Below, piece after piece: positions 43,297-55,195 of a stretch of DNA of 64,000 nucleotides. The notes beneath the pieces were generated by a model. The model worked only from the letters and a program-made list of their open reading frames with translations. It was not told where the DNA came from and made no database searches. Position numbers and translations under genes: made by a program. This DNA comes from Methanocaldococcus sp. 28A (GTDB lineage: Archaea > AGJL01 > Methanococci > Methanococcales > Methanocaldococcaceae), in NCBI GenBank assembly GCA_049852185.1, contig CP187540.1. One strand, 5' to 3'. The number at the start of each line of letters is the position of its first letter. Within the stretch, counting starts at the first letter, position 1.

Positions 43297-43530
43297 CCTA
43301 ATAAATTTTTAATATATAGAAGCATGACGTTGTATCTATATCTTTAACCTATTATTTCATTATAACTACTAAGTTGTTTCTATATATACTCCATTATTAT
43401 ACATTTTTGGCTTAGAATAAAAAAGAAAATTGCTATATGGGCTCAGTACGTATTTTTAGGGTACTTTTCTGAGTTTCAATAATAGGAATTATAATTAAGT
43501 AATAATCAATAATAAAAAAATTAAAAAATA

Positions 43531-44814
43531 TCAGAATGGACACCTGAAGTTTCTTCCAGCATATTTGCTTAATCCTAATTCCTGCTCAATTCTAATTAGT
43601 TGGTTGTATTTAGACGTTCTTTCCCCTCTTGCAGGAGCTCCTGTTTTTATCTGTCCAGAGTTCAAAGATACTGCTAAATCAGCTATTGTTGTATCTTCAG
43701 TTTCTCCACTTCTGTGTGAAACTATAACACCATAACCATTTCTAAATGCTAAATTAGCAGCATCAACAGCTTCACTTAATGTTCCAATTTGATTAACCTT
43801 TAATAATAAAGCATTTGCAGCTCTTTTTTCTATGCCTTTTTTCAATCTCTCAGTATTTGTAACGAACAAGTCATCTCCAACTATCTGTATATCTAACTCT
43901 TTAGTTATCAACGCAAAGCCCTCAAAATCTTCCTCATGGAATGGGTCCTCAATTGAAACTATTGGATATTCTTCAACTAAAGCTTTATAATAATCTAAAA
44001 GCTCCTCTCTTGTTAATTTTTTGCCTTCAACATTATAGTATCCGTCTTTATAAAACTCTGAAGCAGCAGCATCTAACGCAAAGACAATTTCATCCTCATA
44101 TCCTGCCTTTTTAACACTTTCAGTTAATAAATCTAAGGCCTCTCTTGATGTTTTTAATGGAGGAGCAAAACCTCCCTCATCTCCAACATTTACAGCATTT
44201 TTACCATATTTTTCCATGATAACATTTTTTAATACATGATAGACCTCTGAACCCATCCTTACAGCTTCAGATATTGATGTAGCTCCAACAGGCATTATCA
44301 TAAACTCTTGTAAATCTAAATCATTTCCAGCATGTTTACCTCCATTTATAACGTTCATCATTGGAACAGGCATAACAAAAGAGTTAAAGCCCCCTAAGTA
44401 TTTATACAATGGCATTTTTGCTGTTGCTGCTGCTGCCTTTGCTACAGCTAAAGAAACAGCTAATATTGCATTAGCCCCTAACTTTGATTTGTTTGGTGTT
44501 CCGTCCAATTGAATCATTATATTATCTATCTCTCTCTGCATTCTTGCATCATATCCTAAAAGTTCTGGTCTAATTATTGAATTAACATTTTCAACAGCCA
44601 TTAAAACTCCTTTTCCGCCAAATCTCTTTTCTTTATCTCTCAACTCTAATGCCTCATGTGTCCCAGTTGATGCACCACTTGGAACAATAGCTGAACCATA
44701 ACCATTTCCTTTTGTTATAACTTCCACTTCAACTGTTGGGTTTCCTCTTGAATCAATAACTTCTCTTGCAACAATTTCTTTAATTTCAAATCTCTCATCC
44801 ATGTTGTATAACAA
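43531..44814 (-). CDS. eno: Enolase
   Basis: [27 protein letters not shown]; TTG start placed after GGAGGGTGA. Confidence 0.97.
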   Translation of the reverse strand: MLYNMDERFEIKEIVAREVIDSRGNPTVEVEVITKGNGYGSAIVPSGASTGTHEALELRDKEKRFGGKGVLMAVENVNSIIRPELLGYDARMQREIDNIMIQLDGTPNKSKLGANAILAVSLAVAKAAAATAKMPLYKYLGGFNSFVMPVPMMNVINGGKHAGNDLDLQEFMIMPVGATSISEAVRMGSEVYHVLKNVIMEKYGKNAVNVGDEGGFAPPLKTSREALDLLTESVKKAGYEDEIVFALDAAASEFYKDGYYNVEGKKLTREELLDYYKALVEEYPIVSIEDPFHEEDFEGFALITKELDIQIVGDDLFVTNTERLKKGIEKRAANALLLKVNQIGTLSEAVDAANLAFRNGYGVIVSHRSGETEDTTIADLAVSLNSGQIKTGAPARGERTSKYNQLIRIEQELGLSKYAGRNFRCPF

Positions 44815-44898
44815 ATTATCACCCTCCAAATTAGTGCTCAAACTTATATATAGGTCAGTTATTTATAAGTTTTTATATACCTTTAAAGAGACTACTTA

Positions 44899-45000
44899 TA
44901 GTTTTGTGCAAAAGTTTTTATAATTAAATAAGGGATTAATGGATGTCATCCTTTTAGAAGACATTCAAAATTTCCTTAAACTTTATTTTGCACACAACTA
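44899..45000. mobile_element. MITE family B copy upstream of trpD
   Basis: Inverted ends TAGTTTTGTGCAAAA / TTTTGCACACAACTA. Confidence 0.6.
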
Positions 45001-45013
45001 TATTGGTGATAGC

Positions 45014-46024
45014 ATGATTACTGAAGCCTTAAAAAAGGTTATTGAATTTAAAGATTTAAATGAAAAGGAAGCAGAAATAGTTATGAAAGAAATTATGAGT
45101 GGAAATGCAAAGCCTACACAGATAGCTGCTATATTAACAGCTTTAAGGATGAAAGGAGAGAGTATTGAAGAAATTACATCCTTTGCAAAAATTATGAGAG
45201 AATTTTCATTAAAAATATATCCTGATGTTCCTAAGTTGTTAGATACTTGTGGAACTGGAGGGGATAATTTAAACACATTCAATATAAGCACTACCACAGC
45301 TTTTGTAGTCTCTGCCTATGTTCCGGTAGCAAAACATGGAAATAAGGTTGTTAGCAGTAAAAGTGGTAGTGCAGATGTTTTAGAAGCATTGGGAGTTAAT
45401 TTAAATGTTCCTATAGAGAGAGTTAAGGAGTCAATAGAGAAAATAGGTATTGGATTTTTGTTCGCTCCTAATTTCCATCCAGCAATGAGGTATGCTACAC
45501 CAGTAAGGAGAGAGTTAGGAATTAGAACTGTCTTTAATGTTTTAGGACCTTTAACAAATCCTGCTAATGCAAATTATCAGTTAATGGGAGTGTATGATGA
45601 AAAATTAACAGAAAAATTGGCTTATGTTTTAAAGAATCTTGGTTTAAAAGGGGCTTTAGTTGTGCATGGCAGTGGAATGGATGAAATAACAACAATTGGA
45701 AAAACAAAGATATCTGAGCTGAAAAATGGAGAAGTAAAGAGCTATTACATTGAACCAGAAGATTTTGGTATTAAGAAAGCCAAATTAGAAGATATTAAAG
45801 GAGGAAATGCTGAAGAAAATGCTAAAATAATTAGGGCAATATTTGAAGGAGAAGAAGTAGGGGCAAAGAGGGATATTGTAGTTTTAAATGCTGCCTATGC
45901 TTTATATATTGCTGAAGAGGCTGAAAATGTTGAGGAAGGCATAAAATTAGCTGAAAAATCAATTGATAGTGGAAAGGCTTTAAATAAATTAGAGGAATTG
46001 ATTGAATTCTATAGAGAGGGATAA
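45014..46024 (+). CDS. trpD: Anthranilate phosphoribosyltransferase
   Basis: [21 protein letters not shown]; ATG after GGTGA at 45014. Confidence 0.96.
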   Translation: MITEALKKVIEFKDLNEKEAEIVMKEIMSGNAKPTQIAAILTALRMKGESIEEITSFAKIMREFSLKIYPDVPKLLDTCGTGGDNLNTFNISTTTAFVVSAYVPVAKHGNKVVSSKSGSADVLEALGVNLNVPIERVKESIEKIGIGFLFAPNFHPAMRYATPVRRELGIRTVFNVLGPLTNPANANYQLMGVYDEKLTEKLAYVLKNLGLKGALVVHGSGMDEITTIGKTKISELKNGEVKSYYIEPEDFGIKKAKLEDIKGGNAEENAKIIRAIFEGEEVGAKRDIVVLNAAYALYIAEEAENVEEGIKLAEKSIDSGKALNKLEELIEFYREG

Positions 46025-46026
46025 TT

Positions 46027-46275
46027 ATGGAAAAATTAATCATTAAATCCATGAAAAAAGTATTTTTAGAAGAGTTAAATGAACTTGAAAATGAGTTAAA
46101 TGAAATATTAAAAAAATATAATGTTAAAAGTATAAATGAGCTTAGAAATAAAATTTCTACTGGTGAAATTAAAGAAAACAAGATTAAAGAAGATTTAGAG
46201 AGAATTGAGGTTTTAGAAGAAAATATAAATAAAATTATGAAGTGTTTAAGAGAGATAAATGTTAAATCTTTGTAA
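46027..46275 (+). CDS. Small coiled-coil hypothetical protein
   Basis: 82-aa ORF tightly packed between trpD and thiD. Confidence 0.6.
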   Translation: MEKLIIKSMKKVFLEELNELENELNEILKKYNVKSINELRNKISTGEIKENKIKEDLERIEVLEENINKIMKCLREINVKSL

Positions 46276-46288
46276 CTTGGTGATTTTA

Positions 46289-47542
46289 ATGATTATTTTA
46301 GCTATTGGTGGTTACGACCCTACTGGAGGTGCAGGAATATCTGCAGATATAAAAACTTCTCATGAATTAGGAGTGTATTGTCCAACAATAACTACATCTA
46401 TAATCCCTCAAAATAACAAAATGGTTTATGAGAAATTTGATTTGCCAGAAAAGAATATAGAAAAGCAGTTTAAGGCAATTTTTGATGAGTTTGATGTAGA
46501 ATATGTTAAGACTGGTGTTTTAACACAGCCAGCCATTGATGTTTTGCTAAAATATATTGATAAATACAATTTAAAAGTTATATGCGACCCAGTTCTTGCA
46601 TCTACAACAAAGTTTTCCTTTGTTGATGAGGAATTAATGAAAAAATATGTTAAGCTTTTCAATAAAAGCTTTTTAATTACGCCAAATAGAGAAGAATATA
46701 AAAAAATAGTAGATTTTGTAAAAAATAACAATCTAAAAATTAAAGATGATTTATATATCTTAATTACTGGCATTGATGATATTTTAAAAACTGGCTCTGA
46801 AACTGTAAATACATTTAAAGGACATAAGGTTGAGAGAGAAGTCCATGGAACAGGATGTGTTTATTCAACAGCTATAACTGCATTTTTATCTAAAGGTTAT
46901 GTTTTAGAGGATGCTATTAGAGAGGCAAAAAGATTTGTTTTATCCTCTATTATATATGCTAAAAAAACAAAGTTTGGCTATAACTCTAACCCAACATATA
47001 TTAATAGAGAAAAGGTTATAAAAAACCTTAGCTATGCTATATATTTATTAAAAAAGATGGACTTTACATTAATTCCAGAAGTAGGAAGTAATATAGCTGA
47101 ATCATTACCATTTCCGAGAGATTTTAATGATGTTGCTGCATTAACAGGAAGAATAATAAAAAATAAGCTCGGAGGGTTTTATATCGTCGGAGATATAGAG
47201 TTTGGAGCATCTGAACATATAGCAAAGATAATATTATCAGCAAATAAGTTTAATCCAGAAATAAGGGCTTGTATGAACATAAAATATGATGATGAACTAA
47301 TAAAAATGCTAAAAGATAAATTTACTATTTCTTCATTTGATAGGAAAGAGGAGCCACCAAATGTCTCAACTATGGAATGGGGAACAAAATTTGCCTGTGA
47401 AAAATTTGGTAGAGTTCCAGACATTATTTACGATAGAGGAGGCGAAGGAAAAGAGCCTATGATTAGAGTTTTAGGTAGAGATACAATAGAGGTTATTAAA
47501 AAAGTTGAAGTTATTTTAAGGATATATAACTCTATAAAATAA
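46289..47542 (+). CDS. thiD: HMP/HMP-P kinase fused to ThiN-type thiamine-phosphate synthase (ThiDN)
   Basis: GYDPTGGAG-ADIK, HGTGC; C-terminal IPEVGSN, FGASEH, GKEP. Confidence 0.9.
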   Translation: MIILAIGGYDPTGGAGISADIKTSHELGVYCPTITTSIIPQNNKMVYEKFDLPEKNIEKQFKAIFDEFDVEYVKTGVLTQPAIDVLLKYIDKYNLKVICDPVLASTTKFSFVDEELMKKYVKLFNKSFLITPNREEYKKIVDFVKNNNLKIKDDLYILITGIDDILKTGSETVNTFKGHKVEREVHGTGCVYSTAITAFLSKGYVLEDAIREAKRFVLSSIIYAKKTKFGYNSNPTYINREKVIKNLSYAIYLLKKMDFTLIPEVGSNIAESLPFPRDFNDVAALTGRIIKNKLGGFYIVGDIEFGASEHIAKIILSANKFNPEIRACMNIKYDDELIKMLKDKFTISSFDRKEEPPNVSTMEWGTKFACEKFGRVPDIIYDRGGEGKEPMIRVLGRDTIEVIKKVEVILRIYNSIK

Positions 47543-47597
47543 AGTAAATAAAAGCCTTACTAAAATAAGAGCTTTACATCTAATATTAATGAAAAAA

Positions 47598-47674
47598 TGG
47601 TGGACTGGGCGGGATTTGAACCCGCGGCCTCCGCACAGCCAATGCGGCGCTCTCCCAGTCTGAGCTACCAGCCC
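47598..47674 (-). tRNA. tRNA-Ala(GGC)
   Basis: GGGCTGGTAGCTCAG...CCGCA-TT-GGC-TG-TGCGG...GGTTCAAATCC...CAGTCCACCA with G3:U70 and encoded CCA. Confidence 0.97.
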
Positions 47675-47759
47675 ACAAAATAGCAGTGTCTTTATATTAC
47701 ATTGATTATATATAAACTTTTCTATCATATATTTAAATTAATAAATTGGAAAGAAATTA

Positions 47760-47863
47760 TAATTGTGTGCAAAATAAGATAAACTTTTATAATGGTAATT
47801 TAAATGCCATCCTTATGGAGTATTATTTACTAATTTTATTTAAGACAGTTTTACACACAACTA
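47760..47863. mobile_element. MITE family B copy
   Basis: TAATTGTGTGCAAAA ... TTTTACACACAACTA. Confidence 0.6.
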
Positions 47864-47868
47864 TATTA

Positions 47869-47954
47869 TAGGACTTTCGCAGGAATAAATATTTTTTGGA
47901 CATGGACACCTTAAAGGTGTCTAAATTCCAAATTAATATATAAAGAAAGTCCTA
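47869..47954. mobile_element. MITE family A copy
   Basis: TAGGACTTTCGCAGGAATAAAT ... GACACC-TTAAA-GGTGTC ... GAAAGTCCTA. Confidence 0.7.
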
Positions 47955-47960
47955 TAATAT

Positions 47961-48009
47961 GGAGGTAATTTCATGAATTATAACTGCGAAATAATTTCAG
48001 GATACCACA
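47961..48009. mobile_element. Orphan right end of the IS481-like element
   Basis: ATTTCATGAATTATAACTGCGAAATAATTTCAGGATACCACA is nearly identical to 31204-31245. Confidence 0.65.
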
Positions 48010-48048
48010 ATATTGAAAATGGTTATATTAATTATGATTGGGATAATC

Positions 48049-48504
48049 ATGAACAAAGAGAGTAAAATAACCTTAATTGGTAGCAAATTAGCAAAGACCG
48101 GAGGAGAATTTATATACTTAGGCGAGATTGAAGAATGTAACAACTGCAAGTTTAAAAGATTATGTCATGGAAATTTGGAAGTTGGAAGAAAATATAAAAT
48201 AATTTCAGTTAGGTCAGCAAATCATCCTTGTATAGTTCATGAGGGAGGAGTCAAAGTAGTTGAGGTAATTTTAGCTGATTTAACAATTATGATTGAGGCA
48301 AAAAAGGCTCTTGAAGGAGTTAATATAAACTATGAACCAATAACTTGTGAGAATTTTAATTGTGAATATTACAACTTTTGTAATCCTGAAGGCATAAAAG
48401 CAGGAGAAAAATACAAAATAAAACAGATTTTAAATGAAAAAATAAACTGTCCAAAGGGAAAATCATTAAAAAAAGTTGTAGTTGAGCTTGTTGAAGATAA
48501 ATAA
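48049..48504 (+). CDS. UPF0179-family Cys-rich protein
   Basis: ITLIG, CxxC, HPCIVH, several further Cys. Confidence 0.75.
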   Translation: MNKESKITLIGSKLAKTGGEFIYLGEIEECNNCKFKRLCHGNLEVGRKYKIISVRSANHPCIVHEGGVKVVEVILADLTIMIEAKKALEGVNINYEPITCENFNCEYYNFCNPEGIKAGEKYKIKQILNEKINCPKGKSLKKVVVELVEDK

Positions 48505-48648
48505 CTACTATTTTATAGTATTTTTATTTAGGTTTGGTTGTTATATATAATATATTGTAGTTATTATGGAGTTGAAATCCCATCTACTCTCTTAAAGAAA
48601 CTCCGCCCTAAAGGGCGGAAAGCCGCCATATATAGTGCGAAAGTCTTA

Positions 48649-50850
48649 TTAAAGTTCTCCCATTATCTTTGGAAATGCGTCATAATATCTCTTTTTAATT
48701 TCATTTACATTCAAATCAATAATGTTCTTTTCGTTAATCTTTATTTTCAATCTATTTCCTCCAACTTTTCCAATTACATAGGCAGAACTTAGCTTGTTAA
48801 GAACTTTATCTTTATTTTTTTCCCTAACAGCTAAAATTATTCTTCCAGTGGTTTCTGAGAACAACAATACATCCTCTCTTAAATTGTTTTTATTATAGGA
48901 GGTTAAATCAACTTCTAAACCAATATTATTTAATATAGCCATTTTAGCCAAAGCTACAGCTAAACCTCCTCTTGAGCAATCCACAGCTTCAGTAACTAAT
49001 CCTTTTTTTATAACCTCTCTAACTTCAGCATAAATTTTCTTTTCCTTCTCTAAATCAACTCTTGGGACTTTTCCTTCTTCAGTATTGTGTATAACTTTGT
49101 AATACTCACTACCTCCCATCTCATCTTTTGTTTCATTTGTAATTATTAATATATCTCCTTCTTTAATATTGTTATCTAAAACTCCTGGAACTTTTTCAAC
49201 ATTCTCTACTTTACCTAAAACAAATATTGCTGGAGTTGGGTTTATTGGAAACTCTTTTCCTTCAATAATTGTTTCATTGTATAAACTTACATTTCCTCCA
49301 ACAACTGGAATTTCAAAAAATTCAGCAGCATCTGCTAAACCTCTTATACACTCAGCTAACTGCCAAAATCTCTCTGGTCTTTCAGGATTTCCAAAGTTTA
49401 AATTATCAAGCATGGCTATTGGTTCAGCTCCAACTGTTGCTAAATTTCTCACAGCTTCAGCAACGGCATTTACAGCCCCTACATAAGGGTTTAGTTTGCA
49501 GTATCTTGAATTACAGTCTGTTGTTAAAGCAATCCCCATAGGATAAATTTCATTTATTCTTAAAACAGCGGCATCTTTTCCTGGCTTTACAACAGTTCTT
49601 ATTTGAACTTCATGGTCATACTGTTGATAAATCCATTCTTTTGAGCAAATATTTGGACTTTCAAGCAATATTAATAACACTTCATTTAAATCTTCAGGCA
49701 TTTTTATTTTTTCTTTATCATCATCTCTTTCTTTTAAATCTTCTTTAGCTTCTCTATTATATAAAGGAGCTTCACATAACAAATCTAATGGTAAATCAAC
49801 AACAACTTCTCCTTTGTATTTGGCAATAATTCTCTTTTCTGGAATTGTTTTTCCAATAACTGATGCAGGTAGTTCATACTTTTTAAATATTTCAATTATT
49901 TCTTCTTCACTTCCTGGTTCAACAGCTAACAACATCCTTTCCTGACTTTCGGAGACCATAATTTCGTATGGGGTTAGTGGCTCCCTTAATACAACATTTT
50001 CTAAGTAAAGCTCACATCCTATTCCTCCACCGTAACACATCTCAGATGAAGCCCCTGAAAGACCTGCAGCACCCAAATCTTTCATTGCTTTAACTTTTCC
50101 TGTTTTTGTAGCTTCTAAGATAGCATCAATTAAACATTTTTCAGAAAATGCATCTCCAACCTGAACACTTGGTCTCTCTTCTTCACTTTCTTCAGTTAAA
50201 TCCTTTGATGCAAATGAAGCTCCCCCTATTCCATCCCTTCCAGTTGAGCCAACCAATATTAAAGATAAACCTGGCTCTTTAGCTTTCCCTGTAATAATTT
50301 CATTCTCCTTAACTAAACCAACACACACAACATTTACTAAGTTATTGTAATCAAAAGAGCTATCAAATTCACATTCCCCACCAACTGTTGGAACACCTAT
50401 CCTGTTTCCATAATCTCCAATACCTTTAACTACTCCTTCAATTAACCATCTAACTTTATCTCCTTCCTTTCCAAATATATCTCCAAACCTCAAAGGGTCT
50501 AATAAAGCTATTGGCTTAGCTCCCATTGATAGAACATCTCTAACAATTCCTCCAACTCCTGTAGCAGCTCCATTGTATGGGTCTATGTATGATGGATGAT
50601 TATGGCTTTCCATAGCTATTGCTAAGCAGATATCATCTTTCAATCTAATTACAGCAGCATCATCTCCAATTCCTATAACAATGTTTTTGTTTGTTTTTTC
50701 ATTTATAGTTTTAGCAAACATCCTTAAGAGTTTTTTTGATGTTCTGTAAGCACAGTGCTCACTCCATAAGTTTTCAAACATTGCTAACTCTACGTGATTT
50801 GGTTTTCTTCCTAAAACTTTTTCTATATACTTTAAATCATTCTCATCCAT
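48649..50850 (-). CDS. purL: Phosphoribosylformylglycinamidine synthase subunit PurL
   Basis: [29 protein letters not shown]. Confidence 0.97.
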   Translation of the reverse strand: MDENDLKYIEKVLGRKPNHVELAMFENLWSEHCAYRTSKKLLRMFAKTINEKTNKNIVIGIGDDAAVIRLKDDICLAIAMESHNHPSYIDPYNGAATGVGGIVRDVLSMGAKPIALLDPLRFGDIFGKEGDKVRWLIEGVVKGIGDYGNRIGVPTVGGECEFDSSFDYNNLVNVVCVGLVKENEIITGKAKEPGLSLILVGSTGRDGIGGASFASKDLTEESEEERPSVQVGDAFSEKCLIDAILEATKTGKVKAMKDLGAAGLSGASSEMCYGGGIGCELYLENVVLREPLTPYEIMVSESQERMLLAVEPGSEEEIIEIFKKYELPASVIGKTIPEKRIIAKYKGEVVVDLPLDLLCEAPLYNREAKEDLKERDDDKEKIKMPEDLNEVLLILLESPNICSKEWIYQQYDHEVQIRTVVKPGKDAAVLRINEIYPMGIALTTDCNSRYCKLNPYVGAVNAVAEAVRNLATVGAEPIAMLDNLNFGNPERPERFWQLAECIRGLADAAEFFEIPVVGGNVSLYNETIIEGKEFPINPTPAIFVLGKVENVEKVPGVLDNNIKEGDILIITNETKDEMGGSEYYKVIHNTEEGKVPRVDLEKEKKIYAEVREVIKKGLVTEAVDCSRGGLAVALAKMAILNNIGLEVDLTSYNKNNLREDVLLFSETTGRIILAVREKNKDKVLNKLSSAYVIGKVGGNRLKIKINEKNIIDLNVNEIKKRYYDAFPKIMGEL

Positions 50851-50919
50851 AATTACACCTAATTATTTATATTGAGTTTATATACAAAAAATGAAAAATT
50901 TACTATTAAACTTTTATGC

Positions 50920-51342
50920 TCATTCACTGAATATTTCATCCTCTTTAAAAAATAGTTTTATCTCTCGTTCAGCACTTTCCTTTGAGTCAGAAGCATGAAT
51001 CACATTGTCTGGAGTTGTTAAAGCAAAATCTCCTCTTATAGTTCCTGGTTCTGCCTCAGCAGGGTTTGTTTTTCCTATCATTTTCCTCACAACAGATATT
51101 GCATTTTCCCCCTCAATAACCATAACTACCATTCTTCCAGAGGTCATAAAGTTTATTAATCTTTCATAGAACTCTTTTCCTTTGTGTTCTTCATAATATT
51201 TCTCTGCCATTTCTCTGTCTAATTTAACCATCTTCATAGCTATAATTTCTAATCCTTTATTTTCAAATCTTTCGATGATTTTTCCAATTAATTTTCTTTT
51301 TATGGCATCGGGTTTTAAAGCTACAAAGGTTCTTTCTTTCAT
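50920..51342 (-). CDS. ndk: Nucleoside diphosphate kinase
   Basis: ERTFVALKPD, PGTIRGDF, NVIHASDS. Confidence 0.97.
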   Translation of the reverse strand: MKERTFVALKPDAIKRKLIGKIIERFENKGLEIIAMKMVKLDREMAEKYYEEHKGKEFYERLINFMTSGRMVVMVIEGENAISVVRKMIGKTNPAEAEPGTIRGDFALTTPDNVIHASDSKESAEREIKLFFKEDEIFSE

Positions 51343-51381
51343 AACTATCCCATAATTAATTTTTAAATCCAAATAAATATA

Positions 51382-52412
51382 CAGTATCTCCGAACATCAT
51401 AAAATCGAATAGTTATTAAAAAAATAGGGGATGAGAATGAACGACATAAGATTGTTAGCTATAAAATCATTTAACGAATTCATAAACAATGTTCTTCAAA
51501 TTTGTCCAAGGATTTATCGAGTTGAAGATTATACAAGAGAATTTATAGAGGCGATGTCGAACAATACCTATTTAGAGACCATTAGCAAGCTAAATTATCC
51601 ATCGGCAGACTCTTACTATCGATATATAAATAAGGCAGATAGTTCTATGTTTAAAGAAGTTTATAAATCTTTTGTTAAAAATATACTCAATGATTTAAAA
51701 AAACTATAAAAAATTTTACCTATCGATAGATACGCATTTTGAGGGCTATTATGAAAAAAGATTGGATTTAAATGCGATTCACAAATTTAGAAAAGAAAGG
51801 AGGATTCCTTGCTTAACCATGTAAGAGAGATTTTACACTTTGCTTAACGATTTAAAAATAAATACATACGATATTATCGTCCTAACCGATAAAGAGTTTA
51901 AAGACATCAAAATAATAAAAATCTTTGAACTATATGGGTGTAAGTACATAAGTTTTATTCCGAAAAATAGTAATGTTAAATACTATCTTGAGAATACGAA
52001 AAAGGAAAAAATTGGAAGTTCGATTACTTTATTGACCAAAAAACTATAGTTGTTGTAGAGGAATAAATAACCACAAACTTAACTAATATCGACTTTGAAA
52101 ATCAAGAATCTTATATAAAAATGTATAAAAAAACGATGGAATATTGAAACACGATTTAGAATGCTTAAAGATGTATCTATTAAAACGAAATCAACATCTT
52201 TAAAAGTTAGGTCGTTCCTTTTTATGCTTAAATGCGTTATTCATAACTTATGGATTAAAATTCGTAATAAAAAAGTTCGTAATAAAAAAGAATGTATTTC
52301 TTTAAAATTCTTCATCGTCGATATATATAAGTTGTTAGAGGAGTTCGATTATTCAATTATGGTTATGCGTAATACTCGGTTGTATGTGTCTAATGTATAT
52401 TCGTAGATACTG
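51382..52412 (+). mobile_element. ISH3-like IS with fragmented transposase pseudogene
   Basis: IRs CAGTATCTCCGAACAT / ATATTCGTAGATACTG with TATA on both flanks; fragments LTDKEF and RWNIET-x-FR. Confidence 0.75.
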
Positions 52413-52439
52413 TATAAAAAATTTATTTCTACGAAAGTT

Positions 52440-53134
52440 GAGGTTGTCAAGATAAGGATTAAATAAATATGTGTAAATAAAGGAAGATATGAAACTTACG
52501 ATAGAAACGTTAAAAGAAAGGATTAAGAAGATAGTTAAGAGGAATAAGAAGTCGATAGAGATTAAAATCTTAGCAGGAATTTTGTATTATCTGGGATTAT
52601 CGTTAAGAAAGGTTAGTTTGTTTCTTTCACGGTTTGAGAGCATAAGCCATGAATCGGTTAGAATATATTACCACAAGATTAAAGATATTTTAAACGAGCC
52701 TGAAAGAAAGACAAGAAACCTAATTGCAATCGATGAAACTAAACTAAAGCTTGGAAATGAAACTATTTATGTATGGTCTGCTATCGATGTGGAGTCTAAA
52801 GAATGTTTGGGTATCTATGTCTCTAAAACAAGATGTTATCTCGATACTATGTTATTCGTAAGAAGGATATTAAAATTTTGCTCGAATAAACCAAAAATTT
52901 TGGTTGATGGTGGTAAATGGTATCCGTGGGCTCTACAGAGATTAGGCTTAAAATTCGAAAGAGTTCGATTCGGTTTAAGAAATTGTGTCGAAAGTTTCTT
53001 CTCTCTACTCAAACGAAGAACCAAATCTTTCTATAACCGATTCCCTAATAACTCTAAATTCTCATCTGTCATTAGTTGGCTTGAATCTTTCTCCTCTTTC
53101 TATAACTTCTTCCTTTACTTATCTTGACATCGTC
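52440..53134 (+). mobile_element. IS6-family insertion sequence with 9-bp target duplication
   Basis: IRs GAGGTTGTCAAGATAAG / CTTATCTTGACATCGTC; ACGAAAGTT at 52431-52439 and 53135-53143. Confidence 0.9.
52489..53127 (+). CDS. IS6-family transposase
   Basis: [28 protein letters not shown]. Confidence 0.92.
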   Translation: MKLTIETLKERIKKIVKRNKKSIEIKILAGILYYLGLSLRKVSLFLSRFESISHESVRIYYHKIKDILNEPERKTRNLIAIDETKLKLGNETIYVWSAIDVESKECLGIYVSKTRCYLDTMLFVRRILKFCSNKPKILVDGGKWYPWALQRLGLKFERVRFGLRNCVESFFSLLKRRTKSFYNRFPNNSKFSSVISWLESFSSFYNFFLYLS

Positions 53135-53543
53135 ACGAAAGTTCTATATATTTTTCAATAACTTTTGGAGAGACTCTCGTTTGAATACCTAATCTCTCTA
53201 AGATTATATTGTTTAAAATAGCTTTAAGTATTTCTTTTCCTTCTTTTGATTCAGTTATTTCATTTAATTTTCTTGTAGTTGTAGGGGATTTTAGCTTTTT
53301 TAAAACTTCTGCTATCTCTTCTTCTGTAATTCTTCCTTTCTTTTTTTGATATATCTCATCAGCTATTTTATACAACTTATCCATATCAAATGGTAAATAT
53401 TCAGGGATTTTATTTAAAACTGTCTCATCTATAGATGCCAATAATCTTGCTATCTCAATATCTTCAGTATTTTCATCTATTTTCAATTTTTTAACTACAA
53501 ACCATTTTTTATGTTTTGCCATAAACTCAATTTTATCCTCCAC
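53133..53543 (-). CDS. Conserved archaeal hypothetical protein (DUF2666-like)
   Basis: 136-aa ORF with GGTGA RBS; family name recalled, not verified. Confidence 0.6.
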   Translation of the reverse strand: MEDKIEFMAKHKKWFVVKKLKIDENTEDIEIARLLASIDETVLNKIPEYLPFDMDKLYKIADEIYQKKKGRITEEEIAEVLKKLKSPTTTRKLNEITESKEGKEILKAILNNIILERLGIQTRVSPKVIEKYIELS

Positions 53544-53642
53544 AATCTCACCAAAATAGGCTTTACTTTAAAAATAGGGGAAAAAGAATAATCTAACAAA
53601 ATAATAAAACAAAAATTATAAAATCAAAATATACTTTTTATC

Positions 53643-53870
53643 TTATGCAGTGGCTAATCTCTTCAAAATAGGGTCAGTTACATCTTCTGGGCTTATCTCT
53701 TCTATATTTAATATTTTTATTTTTGTTCTTTTAACTTTGTATCTTCCACCAAATTCAGAGTATAAAATCTCCAAAGCATGCTCTGGCTTTAAAGCTTTGT
53801 ATTCTTTTTTGAAGAGCATTGGTTCTCCTTTTCTTAATATTTTTCCTGTTATTCTGAATATCTTAGCCAA
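53643..53870 (-). CDS. rpl18a: 50S ribosomal protein L18Ae (LX)
   Basis: FKKEYKA, YSEFGGRYKVKR; TTG start after GGAGGTGG. Confidence 0.9.
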   Translation of the reverse strand: MAKIFRITGKILRKGEPMLFKKEYKALKPEHALEILYSEFGGRYKVKRTKIKILNIEEISPEDVTDPILKRLATA

Positions 53871-53907
53871 ATTACCACCTCCTTTTATCAATATTAAAAA
53901 GGATAAC

Positions 53908-54150
53908 TTATTCTTTACAAATCTTATAAATGTTTTGTGCTACACCTATCCATCTTAAGTAAGAGTAGATAGATGCCTTTAATATAGAAATATCTTCAGC
54001 TTTAACATTTATCTTTATTACATTTTTATTTATTTCCATTGTAGCAGAGGATTTTATTTGAGATGTTAAATGTTCTAAAAATATAGATTTATAAATAGTT
54101 TCTGCCTCTTCCTCACTATCGAATTCTAATATCAGTTCAAAAGAATTCAT
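53908..54150 (-). CDS. pcc1: KEOPS complex subunit Pcc1
   Basis: AEDISILKASIYSYLRWI; conserved position next to Brix. Confidence 0.85.
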   Translation of the reverse strand: MNSFELILEFDSEEEAETIYKSIFLEHLTSQIKSSATMEINKNVIKINVKAEDISILKASIYSYLRWIGVAQNIYKICKE

Positions 54151-54167
54151 AAAAATCCCCATAACAT

Positions 54168-54677
54168 TTAGAAAAGGCTATCAAATAGTTTAATAGACTT
54201 TACTCTAATTAAAGGACCTATTTTAACTCTTCCTTTATAGAATTGGATAGCAAATAGATATTTTGGGTCTCTCTCCAATCTTAATGTTATATTGCTATCT
54301 TCATCAATATTTAAATATTGGAACAAAAATTCATCGTAAATTTCATAATGTTTTTGGAACTCTTCATTATCTTTAAGCTCTTTGCTAATCTTTATTTTTA
54401 TACCATCATCATTGTATATTTTCTCTCCACAAATCTCTCTCTGTAATTTAACAGAAATGAAGCTTGACAACCTTCTCTCATTTTCAACATCATAAACTAC
54501 TAAAGTTCCAGGGTTAGCTTTAAATTCACCAATTAAAAGAACATGCTTATCTATTTCAAAAATCTCTTTTAATGAAAGCTTTCCTCTTTGAACATAAGGT
54601 AAATTTAGGGTTCTCTCTAAATCTCTGACAAAACTTCTTGTTCTTTGAGAAGGTTTTCTTGAGGTTGTTAAAATCAT
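54168..54677 (-). CDS. Brix/Imp4-domain ribosome biogenesis protein
   Basis: [21 protein letters not shown]. Confidence 0.88.
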   Translation of the reverse strand: MILTTSRKPSQRTRSFVRDLERTLNLPYVQRGKLSLKEIFEIDKHVLLIGEFKANPGTLVVYDVENERRLSSFISVKLQREICGEKIYNDDGIKIKISKELKDNEEFQKHYEIYDEFLFQYLNIDEDSNITLRLERDPKYLFAIQFYKGRVKIGPLIRVKSIKLFDSLF

Positions 54678-54681
54678 ATAC

Positions 54682-54822
54682 TTACCTCGCCTTTACATGT
54701 TTAACTACTTTTGGTCTAAGTTTAACCAATATTTTATAACTGCAGTAAGGACATCTTGCTCTATTTCCTAACTCTTCAAATTTTATAATTTTTTTACAGT
54801 TTAAACACTTGTATTTAACCAT
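54682..54822 (-). CDS. rpoP: RNA polymerase subunit P (Rpo12), 46 aa, missed by the ORF track
   Basis: [46 protein letters not shown]. Confidence 0.95.
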   Translation of the reverse strand: MVKYKCLNCKKIIKFEELGNRARCPYCSYKILVKLRPKVVKHVKAR

Positions 54823-54886
54823 AATTTATCCCCAAATAATTTTGGTCTCTTAAAAGAAAAAAATTAGATATATATGGTTTGATAAA

Positions 54887-55165
54887 TTATTCTTCTTTTC
54901 TCTCAACAATTCTTCTAATTGCTTTCATAACTGCTTTACCAGCCCCAGTCTCTGGAGTATAAGCACCTCCAGCTATCTTAGCTCCACACTTTCCACAAAC
55001 CCATATTGATGTTGAAGCTCTTTTTAATTTTGGAAATCCACAAACAGGACATTTGTATTTTTTCTTTGCTTTAATTTCAACATCTCTAACTCTAACTCTT
55101 ATTTTTAAACCGTATCTTGGACCAAATCTTCCCGCAGGACCTACTTTCTTTGTGTGACTGAACAT
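54887..55165 (-). CDS. rpl37ae: 50S ribosomal protein L37Ae
   Basis: [21 protein letters not shown]. Confidence 0.96.
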   Translation of the reverse strand: MFSHTKKVGPAGRFGPRYGLKIRVRVRDVEIKAKKKYKCPVCGFPKLKRASTSIWVCGKCGAKIAGGAYTPETGAGKAVMKAIRRIVERKEE

Positions 55166-55195
55166 ACACTCTCACCTCATTTTTAATTTCTATAG

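Noticed and set aside
44939-45013. N-terminal extension of TrpD in the ORF track
   Set aside because: It derives mostly from the MITE B copy; the RBS supports the ATG at 45014
47516-47728. 70-aa ORF
   Set aside because: It spans tRNA-Ala and is spurious
48556-48580. TTATTATGGAGTTGAAAT resembles the 3' end of an archaeal CRISPR repeat
   Set aside because: Single copy, no repeat-spacer periodicity seen anywhere in the window, and no cas genes
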